Shown in pieces: positions 19,459-26,886 of a stretch of 64,000 nucleotides of DNA. Source of the stretch: a virus. A program made the position numbers and the translations under genes. Where the stretch lies: the IMG/VR virus record IMGVR_UViG_3300045988_162908; one strand, 5' to 3'. The notes beneath the pieces were generated by a model. It did not search any database. It worked only from the letters and a program-made list of their open reading frames with translations, and had not been told where the DNA came from. Position 1 is the stretch's first letter; every line of letters begins with the position of its first letter.

Positions 19459-20049
19459 ATGAAAAAAATTAATTTTATCAAGGCCTTTATCCCTAAAGGC
19501 GATTTTAGTGAAAAGTATGAGCATGGAGGAATAATGGTTCGCCATCTTGCTGCTGTGCTTGACGAAAAAATGGGAGCTTACGAATGCTACGAGTGTACCG
19601 TTCCTATCGGTGAGTACGATGAAAACGAGGTTCAGAAGGCATTTGTTGAGTTTTCGGCTAAGATGAATGCCTTGGATCTCGAACAGGCAAAGGCTGATAA
19701 GATAGCAGAAATCACAGCCTACGACAAATCCCCTGCTGTCAATGCTTTTTACCTTAACGGAGAACAACATTGGCTCGACTTTAATTTAAGAGACCGAGTA
19801 TTTGATGGTAATGAGAGAATTGCTTATAAGGGTCGAGAAGAGACGAGCCTTTGGCTTGATGGAAAGTGTTTTGTCATGCCTATCACAGTAGCTCAAGACC
19901 TCATCTGTACTATTGAGGTGTATGCTAAGGATTGCTACAATGTGACCGCTACTCATCAGGCAGAGGTCAATAAGCTGACAACCATTGAGGAGGTAGAGGC
20001 TTATAACTATAAGACGGGTTATCCTGAAAAGCTTAATCTCAAAGTGTAG
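19459..20049 (+). CDS. hypothetical protein, DUF4376-like (tail-fibre-associated family, from memory)
   Basis: 196 aa. The pattern ..AKADKIAEITAY...W.D...R......L..EEVEAYNYKTGYP resembles a family often found next to phage fibre genes. Not verified. Confidence 0.55.
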   Translation: MKKINFIKAFIPKGDFSEKYEHGGIMVRHLAAVLDEKMGAYECYECTVPIGEYDENEVQKAFVEFSAKMNALDLEQAKADKIAEITAYDKSPAVNAFYLNGEQHWLDFNLRDRVFDGNERIAYKGREETSLWLDGKCFVMPITVAQDLICTIEVYAKDCYNVTATHQAEVNKLTTIEEVEAYNYKTGYPEKLNLKV

Positions 20050-20050
20050 C

Positions 20051-20141
20051 ATCATTTTCCCATCATCGGGAAAAATGATAGCACCATTTTCCTGATGTCA
20101 CGAAAATGGTAAGACCATTTTGTTGACGTCGATAAAATGGT
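20051..20141. promoter_or_regulatory. three consecutive palindromes built on ACCATTTT/AAAATGGT
   Basis: 20051-20079 atcattttccc..gggaaaaatgat; 20083-20110 accattttc-N10-gaaaatggt; 20114-20141 accatttt-N12-aaaatggt. Confidence 0.6.
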
Positions 20142-20174
20142 ATTAATGTGTAACTAATTAAATTTCTAAAGATT

Positions 20175-20741
20175 ATGTATGTATTAAGTATGATTTCTTT
20201 CCTTCTGTGGGCAGGATTTCTCTTGCTCGCAGCCATGCGGTTCGGCATTCCCGACATGATGAGTGATGTGTATTACCAGTTGCAGAGGTGTACGGGCAGT
20301 GAAGTGATAGGCGATAAGCGTAAGCGAAATTATGGATGGGTATTTACCGCTGTCATGGTGGCGAGTGCGATACTGATGCTCATCCCTATGCTCGACTCTG
20401 GCAAGGGAATCCAATGCCTTTCCTTTTTGGGGTGCGCAGGACTGATGTTCGTAGGAGCTGCACCCAACTATATTGACAAAGATACCATGCCCGTCCATAA
20501 ATGCGGTGCGATCGTGGCAGCCATCGGGTGCGTAGGCTGGTGTATGAGCGTGAATATCCTTCCTACGGCCATCCTTGCAGTGATGCTTCTGCTCACCCTT
20601 TGGATTTTGAATAAGCAATGGGAATACTGCCTTGTAGATCGTGATGGACGTGAGCCGGAAATGCACTTGCATCCCTGGTATTGGATAGAGATAGCGGGTT
20701 TCCTTGATGTATATCTCACATATTGGTTGTGCGTATGCTGA
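20175..20741 (+). CDS. multi-pass membrane protein (188 aa)
   Basis: About five hydrophobic segments. Its stop overlaps the next start (ATGCTGA). Confidence 0.6.
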   Translation: MYVLSMISFLLWAGFLLLAAMRFGIPDMMSDVYYQLQRCTGSEVIGDKRKRNYGWVFTAVMVASAILMLIPMLDSGKGIQCLSFLGCAGLMFVGAAPNYIDKDTMPVHKCGAIVAAIGCVGWCMSVNILPTAILAVMLLLTLWILNKQWEYCLVDRDGREPEMHLHPWYWIEIAGFLDVYLTYWLCVC

Positions 20742-20977
20742 AAAGACTGTTTACCCTCAACAGGCGAGACTGGATAGGTCTTGCTTGTTGGTTTCTCTTG
20801 AGTGTGCTGATAGGCATCATAGCCCTTCCGCTGATGATTTGGCGGGAGATTTATCAGTACGACAAATATCAGCTTCCCCGCTTTGAGTGGGAAGATATAG
20901 TGAGATATTCGCTTGTCATCATCATCGGTAGCGTAGTTAATTATTGGTTATTAGATTTGTTATTATGCAGATATTGA
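20735..20977 (+). CDS. small two-TM membrane protein (holin-like guess)
   Basis: ATG at 20735 inside ORF 20723..20977. Two hydrophobic helices. Overlaps both neighbouring genes. Confidence 0.5.
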   Translation: MLKRLFTLNRRDWIGLACWFLLSVLIGIIALPLMIWREIYQYDKYQLPRFEWEDIVRYSLVIIIGSVVNYWLLDLLLCRY

Positions 20978-21399
20978 TAGATAGAAAATGGAAGAAGGAG
21001 GGTTACACCATCAGCAAGGTGTATGTAGATGGCGAGGATTTCCACTGCAATTGCCTTGAGGACACCGACCGTGGATTGTATCAGGGCATGAGTACCGCGG
21101 ACGTGCTGGCTGTAAAGGAAAAAGGCAAGACTGCCATTCCGAGAGGCACCTACCATGTGATCTACACCTATTCCCCTCGTTTCAAGCGCCGCCTGCCCCT
21201 ATTAGAGAATGTCACTGGCTTTGCGGGCATCCGCATCCACCCCGGCAATTCGGCCAAGGACACCGAGGGCTGCCTGCTTTTTGGCAAGAACGACAAGGTG
21301 GGATGGCTCAGCGACTCAAAGCTTTGGACCCTTCGCATCATCGAGAAGATGAAGGAGGCTTGGGAACGCAAGGAGAAAGTCGTAATCACAATCCAATAA
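20965..21399 (+). CDS. YkuD-like / DUF5675-like protein, candidate cell-wall enzyme
   Basis: GIRIHPGNSAKDTEGCLLFG resembles the L,D-transpeptidase-fold H..G..C catalytic motif. Follows two membrane proteins. First ATG of ORF 20944..21399. Confidence 0.55.
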   Translation: MQILIDRKWKKEGYTISKVYVDGEDFHCNCLEDTDRGLYQGMSTADVLAVKEKGKTAIPRGTYHVIYTYSPRFKRRLPLLENVTGFAGIRIHPGNSAKDTEGCLLFGKNDKVGWLSDSKLWTLRIIEKMKEAWERKEKVVITIQ

Positions 21400-21586
21400 A
21401 GGTAAAAAAGTAAAAAAGTAAAAAAGTAAAAAGAGCATTTTTGCTCCAAGATGGACTTTTAAAAGTAAAAGGTAAAAAGGTAAAAATGGCAGGGATATAT
21501 ATTGCCCTACTGATTTTTTACCTTTTTACCTTTTTACTCTTTTACCTTTTTACCTTTAAAAGGCTCTTTTTACTTTTAAAATAGCG
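21398..21586. repeat. GGTAAAAA-family array A4, forward and inverted halves
   Basis: Forward copies at 21398-21445 and 21461-21487; inverted copies at 21514-21586. Lies between convergent genes and can form a very long hairpin. The inverted half encodes the lipoprotein C-terminus (..LKVKRAF). Confidence 0.85.
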
Positions 21587-22404
21587 CTTCTGTTTTTGCG
21601 CCAAATGGCAGCCATATAGCCATTTTTCTCATTATAGAATTTCACATCGAGGCCATCCGAATTGATGTAGTAGAGACTGACCACATTTCCTTCTGTGATA
21701 TAGCCGTTGATGGTAGCTTTTCCGTTCTTGGTAGTATAGGTAGTAGTGAAATCCCACAAGCCTTCCACCACCATGTGCATTGTTCCATCCTCATTAAAGG
21801 TCATAGAAGCTACGTGGTTCTTTCCAGTTGCATGATCTGTTACCAGAGCATACCATGTGCCACGTAGTGCCATATCATGATCCGTAGCATCTGAAATATC
21901 ATCCATCTTTTTGCCACAACTTAGTCTGCATTCATTTCCGTTGGCAAATGAGCCTACGATGAATGGGCGCTGGTCGATATTGATAGAAGTTCCGCTACCA
22001 GTTAATGTGTTGTTTTCCTCCAAGTGGATGCCGGATAAGTTTCCATTCAGCAGGTTGCTTACATCAAAAGTAGCCGGACGACCGAGTACAAACTGGGTAG
22101 TGAGCTTATCGCCCGTCATCTGCCAGTAGCCAAAGCCGATGTTAGGCTCACCCACGAGTCCACCCGATGTAAAGCCCGGACTACCCTCGTAATATACCAT
22201 GTGGTTCTTGTAGTAGGAGTAAGTGCCGTTGGAGGTACCGATACTCCACTCTCTGCCAGCAAGATATTCCTCGATATTCACTTTCTCATCATCATCATCA
22301 CTACTACTGCAGGATGAGAAGGCAGTAGTCATTACGCTCATTGCCATCATAGCACAGAAGGCAAGAATAGAACGTCTCAGTTTGTTTTGAATTTCCTGTT
22401 TCAT
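21556..22404 (-). CDS. lipoprotein (282 aa), probably surface-exposed; lipocalin-like guess
   Basis: Signal peptide and lipobox ..TAFSSC, followed by SSSDDDDEK (acidic Bacteroidota lipoprotein export signal type). One of only three minus-strand genes. Confidence 0.75.
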   Translation of the reverse strand: MKQEIQNKLRRSILAFCAMMAMSVMTTAFSSCSSSDDDDEKVNIEEYLAGREWSIGTSNGTYSYYKNHMVYYEGSPGFTSGGLVGEPNIGFGYWQMTGDKLTTQFVLGRPATFDVSNLLNGNLSGIHLEENNTLTGSGTSINIDQRPFIVGSFANGNECRLSCGKKMDDISDATDHDMALRGTWYALVTDHATGKNHVASMTFNEDGTMHMVVEGLWDFTTTYTTKNGKATINGYITEGNVVSLYYINSDGLDVKFYNEKNGYMAAIWRKNRSAILKVKRAF

Positions 22405-22430
22405 ATCTTCTTATATTTAGAATGTATTAT

Positions 22431-22496
22431 TTTTTTACCCCTAAAATAGCAAGCCTGTTCTTTTTGCCTTTTTACTTTTTTACCTTTTTACCTTTT
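22431..22496 (-). repeat. GGTAAAAA-family array A5 (inverted orientation)
   Basis: ttttttacccctaaaatagcaagcctgttctttttgcctttttacttttttacctttttacctttt lies upstream of the lipoprotein gene. Confidence 0.8.
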
Positions 22497-22525
22497 CCAG
22501 TCCCATTGTTTCACGCAGAATTTAT

Positions 22526-22533
22526 TATCTTTG
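22526..22533 (+). promoter_or_regulatory. -7 promoter box TATCTTTG
   Basis: TAnnTTTG match about 320 nt upstream of 22851. Confidence 0.4.
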
Positions 22534-22624
22534 CAGATGAGAAAACTCGGAGCATGATTCCGAGAGATTTCTGGGTGAAAAATCGGCTTGATATTCGGAA
22601 AGCAATACCGAAACCGCGATAGAA

Positions 22625-22657
22625 TATTCATTGACTATTCATTGGCTATTCATTGGC
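22625..22657 (+). repeat. 3 x 11-bp direct repeat TATTCATTGRC
   Basis: tattcattgac tattcattggc tattcattggc, contiguous, within the leader between the 22526 box and 22851. Confidence 0.8.
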
Positions 22658-22850
22658 CATCCGCAGAGCATTGTCGAAAGACTAAAGAAAGGCATTCGTT
22701 TTAGAAAACTTTTCTTCTGTTCTGTTGCTTTTATGGTTCTTTTCGAGCCTTTGAAAGACGGAATGTTTCACGCTCACGAAATCTCGCCCACAACAACCCC
22801 GTCTCTGTCTCAAAATTTATTTTATTGTACTTTTAAATTATTAAAAAGTT

Positions 22851-23405
22851 ATGGCAAAAGTTAAATTTGCGCCTGATGTGGAAAGCATATCGGGCAAGCT
22901 CTGCTCCAGAAGCGGAGTTATCTATGCTGTCAACAAGCAGACGGGTGTCACACATCGTATGGAACGACATGAGTATTCTGATGCTAACACCGAAGTGCAG
23001 CAGACTCTTCGCAAGACTTTCTCGTCGATGAGCAAGTTAGCCTCCGCTTGGTGGAAAACCAACAAACCATCAGACAAGCAGCCGAAAGGCAGCGAAAACT
23101 ATCAGCTCTTGATGAAGGCTTACAAGAGTCAGCACAAGATTGGCAATCCCTACAGCTATATGCGTGCGCTTGTGACCGACGACATGAAGGTGAAGTTGGG
23201 CGACCTTGACATTACGGGTAGCGTGACCGCAGGTGGCACTGGCTCGCAGGGTGGAAGCCCTTCCACCGGCAATAGCGGCTCGCAGACTGCAGGCGGCACT
23301 GGCTCGCAGGGTGGAAGCCCTTCCACCGGCAATAGCGGCTCGCAGACTGCAGGCGGCACTGGCTCGCAGGGTGCAGGCGGCACTGGTGAAGGTGGCGAAG
23401 GCTAA
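22851..23405 (+). CDS. hypothetical protein with Gly/Ser/Thr-rich repeat tail (184 aa)
   Basis: The C-terminus is GGTGSQGGSPSTGNSGSQTA x2 plus partial copies, encoded by the 60-bp tandem repeat. Confidence 0.6.
   Translation: MAKVKFAPDVESISGKLCSRSGVIYAVNKQTGVTHRMERHEYSDANTEVQQTLRKTFSSMSKLASAWWKTNKPSDKQPKGSENYQLLMKAYKSQHKIGNPYSYMRALVTDDMKVKLGDLDITGSVTAGGTGSQGGSPSTGNSGSQTAGGTGSQGGSPSTGNSGSQTAGGTGSQGAGGTGEGGEG
23229..23392 (+). repeat. 60-bp tandem repeat (about 2.7 copies)
   Basis: gcaggYggcactggctcgcagggtggaagcccttccaccggcaatagcggctcgcagact repeats with an exact 60-nt period. Confidence 0.9.
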
Positions 23406-23425
23406 AATCCTTCTTTTTTTACTTA

Positions 23426-24013
23426 TTAGTCTTCGGGCAATAATACCACCCCTACCCTAACCTTCTGTCCACAATGTGGGCAGAAGGTTTCTGCACGCAT
23501 CATATTGTTTTCGGTACGGATATTGCCGTTTTCGGTACGGATATTGCCGTTTTCGGTACGGATATTGCCGTTTTCGGTACGATTATCGGCATTTTCCATC
23601 GACTTTTCGTCTGCTGTCATCAGTCTCTTTGGGTCGAGAAATTCCATCAATTCATCCACCTCTTCCTTCTTGATGCTTGGGTAGGCTTTCTTCACCAAGT
23701 ACTGCAATCTCAGAGCGAGTGGCGTGCTGATGTTATTTGCATAGTCGATGGCTTCTTTTATTTCCTGCTCCTGCACCTGCTCCATTTCTCTATCCTGCTT
23801 TTCTTTTTCCGCAGCCTCTTCTGCTGGGTCGGGATAGAAAAGGTCGGTGATGTCGCAGCCGATGCCTTCAGCTATCTGCATGAGCTTGGCAACGGTAGGA
23901 TTGCCTTTTATTACCGAGGTCAAACTTTGAGGAGAGAGACCTAATTTTTCGCCAAGTTGAACCTGGGTTATATTGTGATCAGATAATGCTCTTTTTATAT
24001 CTAAATGCTTCAT
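23426..24013 (-). CDS. XRE-family HTH transcriptional regulator (repressor-like)
   Basis: N-terminal ITQVQLGEKLGLSPQSLTSVIKGNPTVAKLMQIAEGIG is a classic HTH_3. Followed by an acidic linker, ENGNIRT heptad repeats and C-terminal CPHCGQ. Confidence 0.8.
   Translation of the reverse strand: MKHLDIKRALSDHNITQVQLGEKLGLSPQSLTSVIKGNPTVAKLMQIAEGIGCDITDLFYPDPAEEAAEKEKQDREMEQVQEQEIKEAIDYANNISTPLALRLQYLVKKAYPSIKKEEVDELMEFLDPKRLMTADEKSMENADNRTENGNIRTENGNIRTENGNIRTENNMMRAETFCPHCGQKVRVGVVLLPED
23507..23590. repeat. 21-bp tandem repeat (3 perfect copies plus 1 degenerate)
   Basis: gttttcggtacggatattgcc repeated. Encodes ENGNIRT repeats in the minus-strand regulator. Confidence 0.9.
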
Positions 24014-24050
24014 ATTGCTTTATCTTTATTATATTGTAATTTATGTGGTG

Positions 24051-24058
24051 CAAAAGTA
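24051..24058 (-). promoter_or_regulatory. -7 box (TACTTTTG on the minus strand) for the repressor gene
   Basis: caaaagta on the + strand is TAnnTTTG on the - strand, about 38 nt upstream of start 24013. Confidence 0.45.
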
Positions 24059-24129
24059 TAATATATTTTTATAACATACAAGTTTTTAGCCTAAAAAATG
24101 GTTAAAATAAAGATTTTTATTTAGAAACG

Positions 24130-24161
24130 TTTGGTTGTTTCGAGAAAACTCCTTATCTTTG
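24130..24161 (+). promoter_or_regulatory. canonical Bacteroidota promoter (-33 TTTG / -7 TATCTTTG)
   Basis: TTTG 24130-24133, 20 nt spacer, TATCTTTG 24154-24161. Divergent from the repressor promoter. Confidence 0.65.
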
Positions 24162-24167
24162 CACCGT

Positions 24168-24372
24168 CTAAAAATAATAAATTCCAAGAATGTATCGAAG
24201 TATATCGTTTTGATTGCGATGTAGTTTGATACGGAATGTCGCATAACTATCTAATGTATAAGAAATAGCTGTGCGCACTCCCTCGCCTACGGTTAATGCC
24301 TTGGGCGTGGTTCTTTCTTTGGAATTTAGAACCATTAGACAGAGGGCGAGGCGCACGGCCTTTTATTTTATT
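24168..24372 (+). ncRNA. candidate ~200-nt sRNA or leader ending in a long hairpin plus T-run
   Basis: Starts after the 24130-24161 promoter. gtgcgc/cctcgcc (24271-24287) pairs with ggcgag/gcgcac (24345-24356), followed by ccttttattttatt. No credible ORF. Confidence 0.4.
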
Positions 24373-24502
24373 CGAGATTACGTATCTTATGCTGACGCGA
24401 TAGAAGTATTCCTATCCCCCATCTCAGTTTTGATATTGTTTCGTATATATATAATGAATGTATGCGCAAATGTCTAACAATATTTAATAAATTCCAATTT
24501 TA

Positions 24503-24694
24503 ATGATGAAAGAAACAACTATTACCCTACCTATGGGTAAAGCTGACCTTCAAGAGGCAGTTACGGCAGTTATCGAGCAGCTTGCCACTGCGCCACCCGA
24601 CACCGAGAGCATGAGTCAAGAGCAGTCCATATCCTATAATATGGGCTTGAGTATCCTTTTTGCGTGTTTGCGCTCTACTTTTGTGCAAGCATAA
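24503..24694 (+). CDS. hypothetical small protein (63 aa)
   Basis: Co-oriented ORF just upstream of 24722. Confidence 0.4.
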   Translation: MMKETTITLPMGKADLQEAVTAVIEQLATAPPDTESMSQEQSISYNMGLSILFACLRSTFVQA

Positions 24695-24721
24695 AGTTTC
24701 ACTTTTAAAGAGATTAAGATT

Positions 24722-25363
24722 ATGAATCAGTTAACTAAGAAAAGTAGTGAGAGTGAGATTAAGGCATACTTCGAGAGTATTGCTAAGCTGATGCAGAGTA
24801 ATGAGCAGTTTCCGGTTAACCTGGAAGATGTTTGGCAGTTGGTATATGCCACAAAGAGTAAGGCTGTACAAACACTCAAAAGAAGCGAATTATTTATCGA
24901 AGGTATTGATTATCAATCATTAAACCAAAAAGTACAGCGAGAAGTAGGTGGTACAACGAGAGTTGAATATATGCTTTCAGTTCCTTGCCTTGAGTTTTTT
25001 ATCGCCCGCAAGGTTCGTCCAGTATTCGAGGTTTACCGCAAGGTATTCCATAAGGTAGTAGATACGGTGCAATCAACCACCATTTCCACTTTCCAACCTA
25101 TCAGTTTCGTTGACAGTTTAGAGCCGCTGGCAGAGCTTAACCGTAGCATCATGGCTCGTTTCAAGCGATTGCAGGAAATGTCTGGCGGTTGTTCCTGTGT
25201 AACCCAGGTATTGAAAGCTTATCGCGAAGGATACCTTATATACCGTGGTTGTATCAGTGACCTCACCTTTTTGGAAGGAGTAGCCAAGTGTGACGGCGCA
25301 GAATATTTGAAGGAATTGAGATATACCGATGGCGATGGTTCTATTCAGATGCCTAAGATATAG
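24722..25363 (+). CDS. phage regulatory DNA-binding protein (antirepressor/KilAC-like guess)
   Basis: FPVNLEDVWQLVYATKSKAVQTLK...GIDY...YMLSVPCLEFFIARK resembles the N-terminal domains of phage antirepressors. 213 aa. Confidence 0.55.
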   Translation: MNQLTKKSSESEIKAYFESIAKLMQSNEQFPVNLEDVWQLVYATKSKAVQTLKRSELFIEGIDYQSLNQKVQREVGGTTRVEYMLSVPCLEFFIARKVRPVFEVYRKVFHKVVDTVQSTTISTFQPISFVDSLEPLAELNRSIMARFKRLQEMSGGCSCVTQVLKAYREGYLIYRGCISDLTFLEGVAKCDGAEYLKELRYTDGDGSIQMPKI

Positions 25364-25376
25364 ACAGAAACAGAAT

Positions 25377-25401
25377 AGCCCAGAGCAAAAAGCCCTGGGC
25401 T
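25377..25401 (+). terminator. intrinsic terminator
   Basis: agcccag-N11-ctgggct followed by a T-rich tract, 14 nt after the stop of 24722..25363. Confidence 0.6.
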
Positions 25402-25683
25402 TTACCATTATATTTATTTAGTTTTTAGCAAGAAAAATCGCAATTTTATCTATATACTTATTTATTTTTAAGATAAAAACGTATATTTGAGTATTTTTTA
25501 CCCATATTTTTAATAAGGATAAGACGTTTTGGTTGATTTCTGAATTATTTTTAAACCCCGATAACGTATTGAAAATCAAAGTCTTATAAAACAATTATCG
25601 TGTTTTCTTCCTCCCGACTGGAGAATATAAATAATTGATATTTAGAGCAATCCGTTCTCTACGATTGTCCCGAAAACTTTAAG

Positions 25684-25836
25684 TCGCACGGATTAGCCCC
25701 GCCGCCCTGAAACGACTCCCTCCTGCCCTCCTGCCTGGGATCGGTTGGGAATATGAGGCCGCCACCAGGAGGTAGCCCCACCAGCCACCGCCGGAACTCA
25801 TCCCCCACCAGCCACCAGGAGGTAGCCACCAGCCGT
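25684..25836 (+). repeat. GC-rich, C-strand-biased repeat island in AT-rich spacer
   Basis: gccaccaggaggtagcc occurs at 25761-25777 and 25811-25827, exactly 50 nt apart. ccaccagc occurs three times (25778-25785, 25806-25813, 25826-25833). Confidence 0.75.
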
Positions 25837-26009
25837 TTAATTTTTCCTTATATATAATAAGGTGTAAACCATATAATCAGAATAAAGGTATAGTAATATA
25901 TCCTTATTAATATAAGCGTATATTTTTTGTGAATAACTGTAAATATAAAGGTATATATTGTTTTTAAACGTTAAATATAAGGGTAAATCTTTATTTTTTT
26001 CGCAAATTG

Positions 26010-26041
26010 TTTGGTGGAATAAAAATATATTATTATCTTTG
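26010..26041 (+). promoter_or_regulatory. canonical Bacteroidota promoter (-33 TTTG / -7 TATCTTTG)
   Basis: TTTG 26010-26013, 20 nt spacer, TATCTTTG 26034-26041. Points into the small-gene array. Confidence 0.65.
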
Positions 26042-26427
26042 CAAACGTAAAACAAAAGGTAATAGTTTTACGATTGATCTTTGACTTAATTACATATTGT
26101 GTGTAACTGCAGGCAGTTACTCAAAATCACAAACGAAATGAAAATATATAATAAGTAGTAAATACTTATTAATAAACATATAAGGATTTTTGCCGTTAAC
26201 CTTCAGGAAACGGCGGGCACTAACAACAGGCTATTATAAAGAATGTAGCGAGCTATTAGGTAGTGTATCTTATTACAGGCGCGGGCGTTATTTTATTGCA
26301 ACGGTAAGAAACGGTAACAACTCAAGCCAAACGAAATACAAAATACATTACATTATAGACGGTGAAAACATTTAGCTTTTGCAAAAGAGGCAGCTTCTTT
26401 TATAGCCACAAATTAAAACAAGAAACA

Positions 26428-26456
26428 TATTATAGAACATTTAAATTTTGAAAATT
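26428..26456 (+). promoter_or_regulatory. motif-1 copy (TATTATAGAAC..AAATTT..AATT fused to the ATG)
   Basis: tattatagaacatttaaattttgaaaatt|ATG. Confidence 0.75.
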
Positions 26457-26843
26457 ATGAAAAAGAATTCAGTTATTGCAAAAGTTGCTGCGATTGCAGC
26501 ATTAAACCCTTCAGGTTTCACCGTTGACGCTGCAACTTTGCAGCCTGTAACAGCCGGTTACGCGGTTGCTATGAAACAGACACAAAACAGCTTTGGACCT
26601 GAAGGTCTGGCAAAGGTTGCAAACACTATCGAGGAGCTCCAGGCCGGCGCCGCAAAGATCGGCTTAAATATAGACGGCCGTCTGGCTTTTGGCGGCTGGT
26701 ATGACTCAGAAAGCGGCCTCTATTATTATGATGCTACTTTGATTTTTCCGGAAAATTGGAAAAAAGAAGCAATCGAGGCCGGTCGCGCAAACGAGCAAAT
26801 AGCAATCTTCGACCTGTCAAACTTGGAGGAGATTCGATTGTAA
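26457..26843 (+). CDS. hypothetical protein (128 aa)
   Basis: ATG preceded by motif-1; the tracked start 26448 is a TTG inside the motif. No family recognised. Confidence 0.65.
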   Translation: MKKNSVIAKVAAIAALNPSGFTVDAATLQPVTAGYAVAMKQTQNSFGPEGLAKVANTIEELQAGAAKIGLNIDGRLAFGGWYDSESGLYYYDATLIFPENWKKEAIEAGRANEQIAIFDLSNLEEIRL

Positions 26844-26854
26844 TATAAGTTAAC

Positions 26855-26874
26855 GGGGGCCGTTCCTGGCTCCC
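26855..26874 (+). terminator. gene-end hairpin
   Basis: gggggcc-gttcct-ggctccc (one G-U pair), then a T-rich stretch. Confidence 0.4.
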
Positions 26875-26886
26875 TTATTATCCCTT

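Noticed and set aside
23156-23460. ORFs 23156..23383 (-) and 23233..23460 (+) with repetitive Pro/Ala-rich products.
   Set aside because: These are alternative-frame readings of the 60-bp tandem repeat inside 22851..23405.
25778-25833. Three copies of the reverse-complement E. coli Chi octamer (GCTGGTGG) as functional Chi sites.
   Set aside because: Chi sequences are species-specific, and I do not know a Bacteroidota Chi. The octamer is part of a tandem repeat unit, so its multiplicity is not independent evidence. It is reported only as a feature of the GC island.
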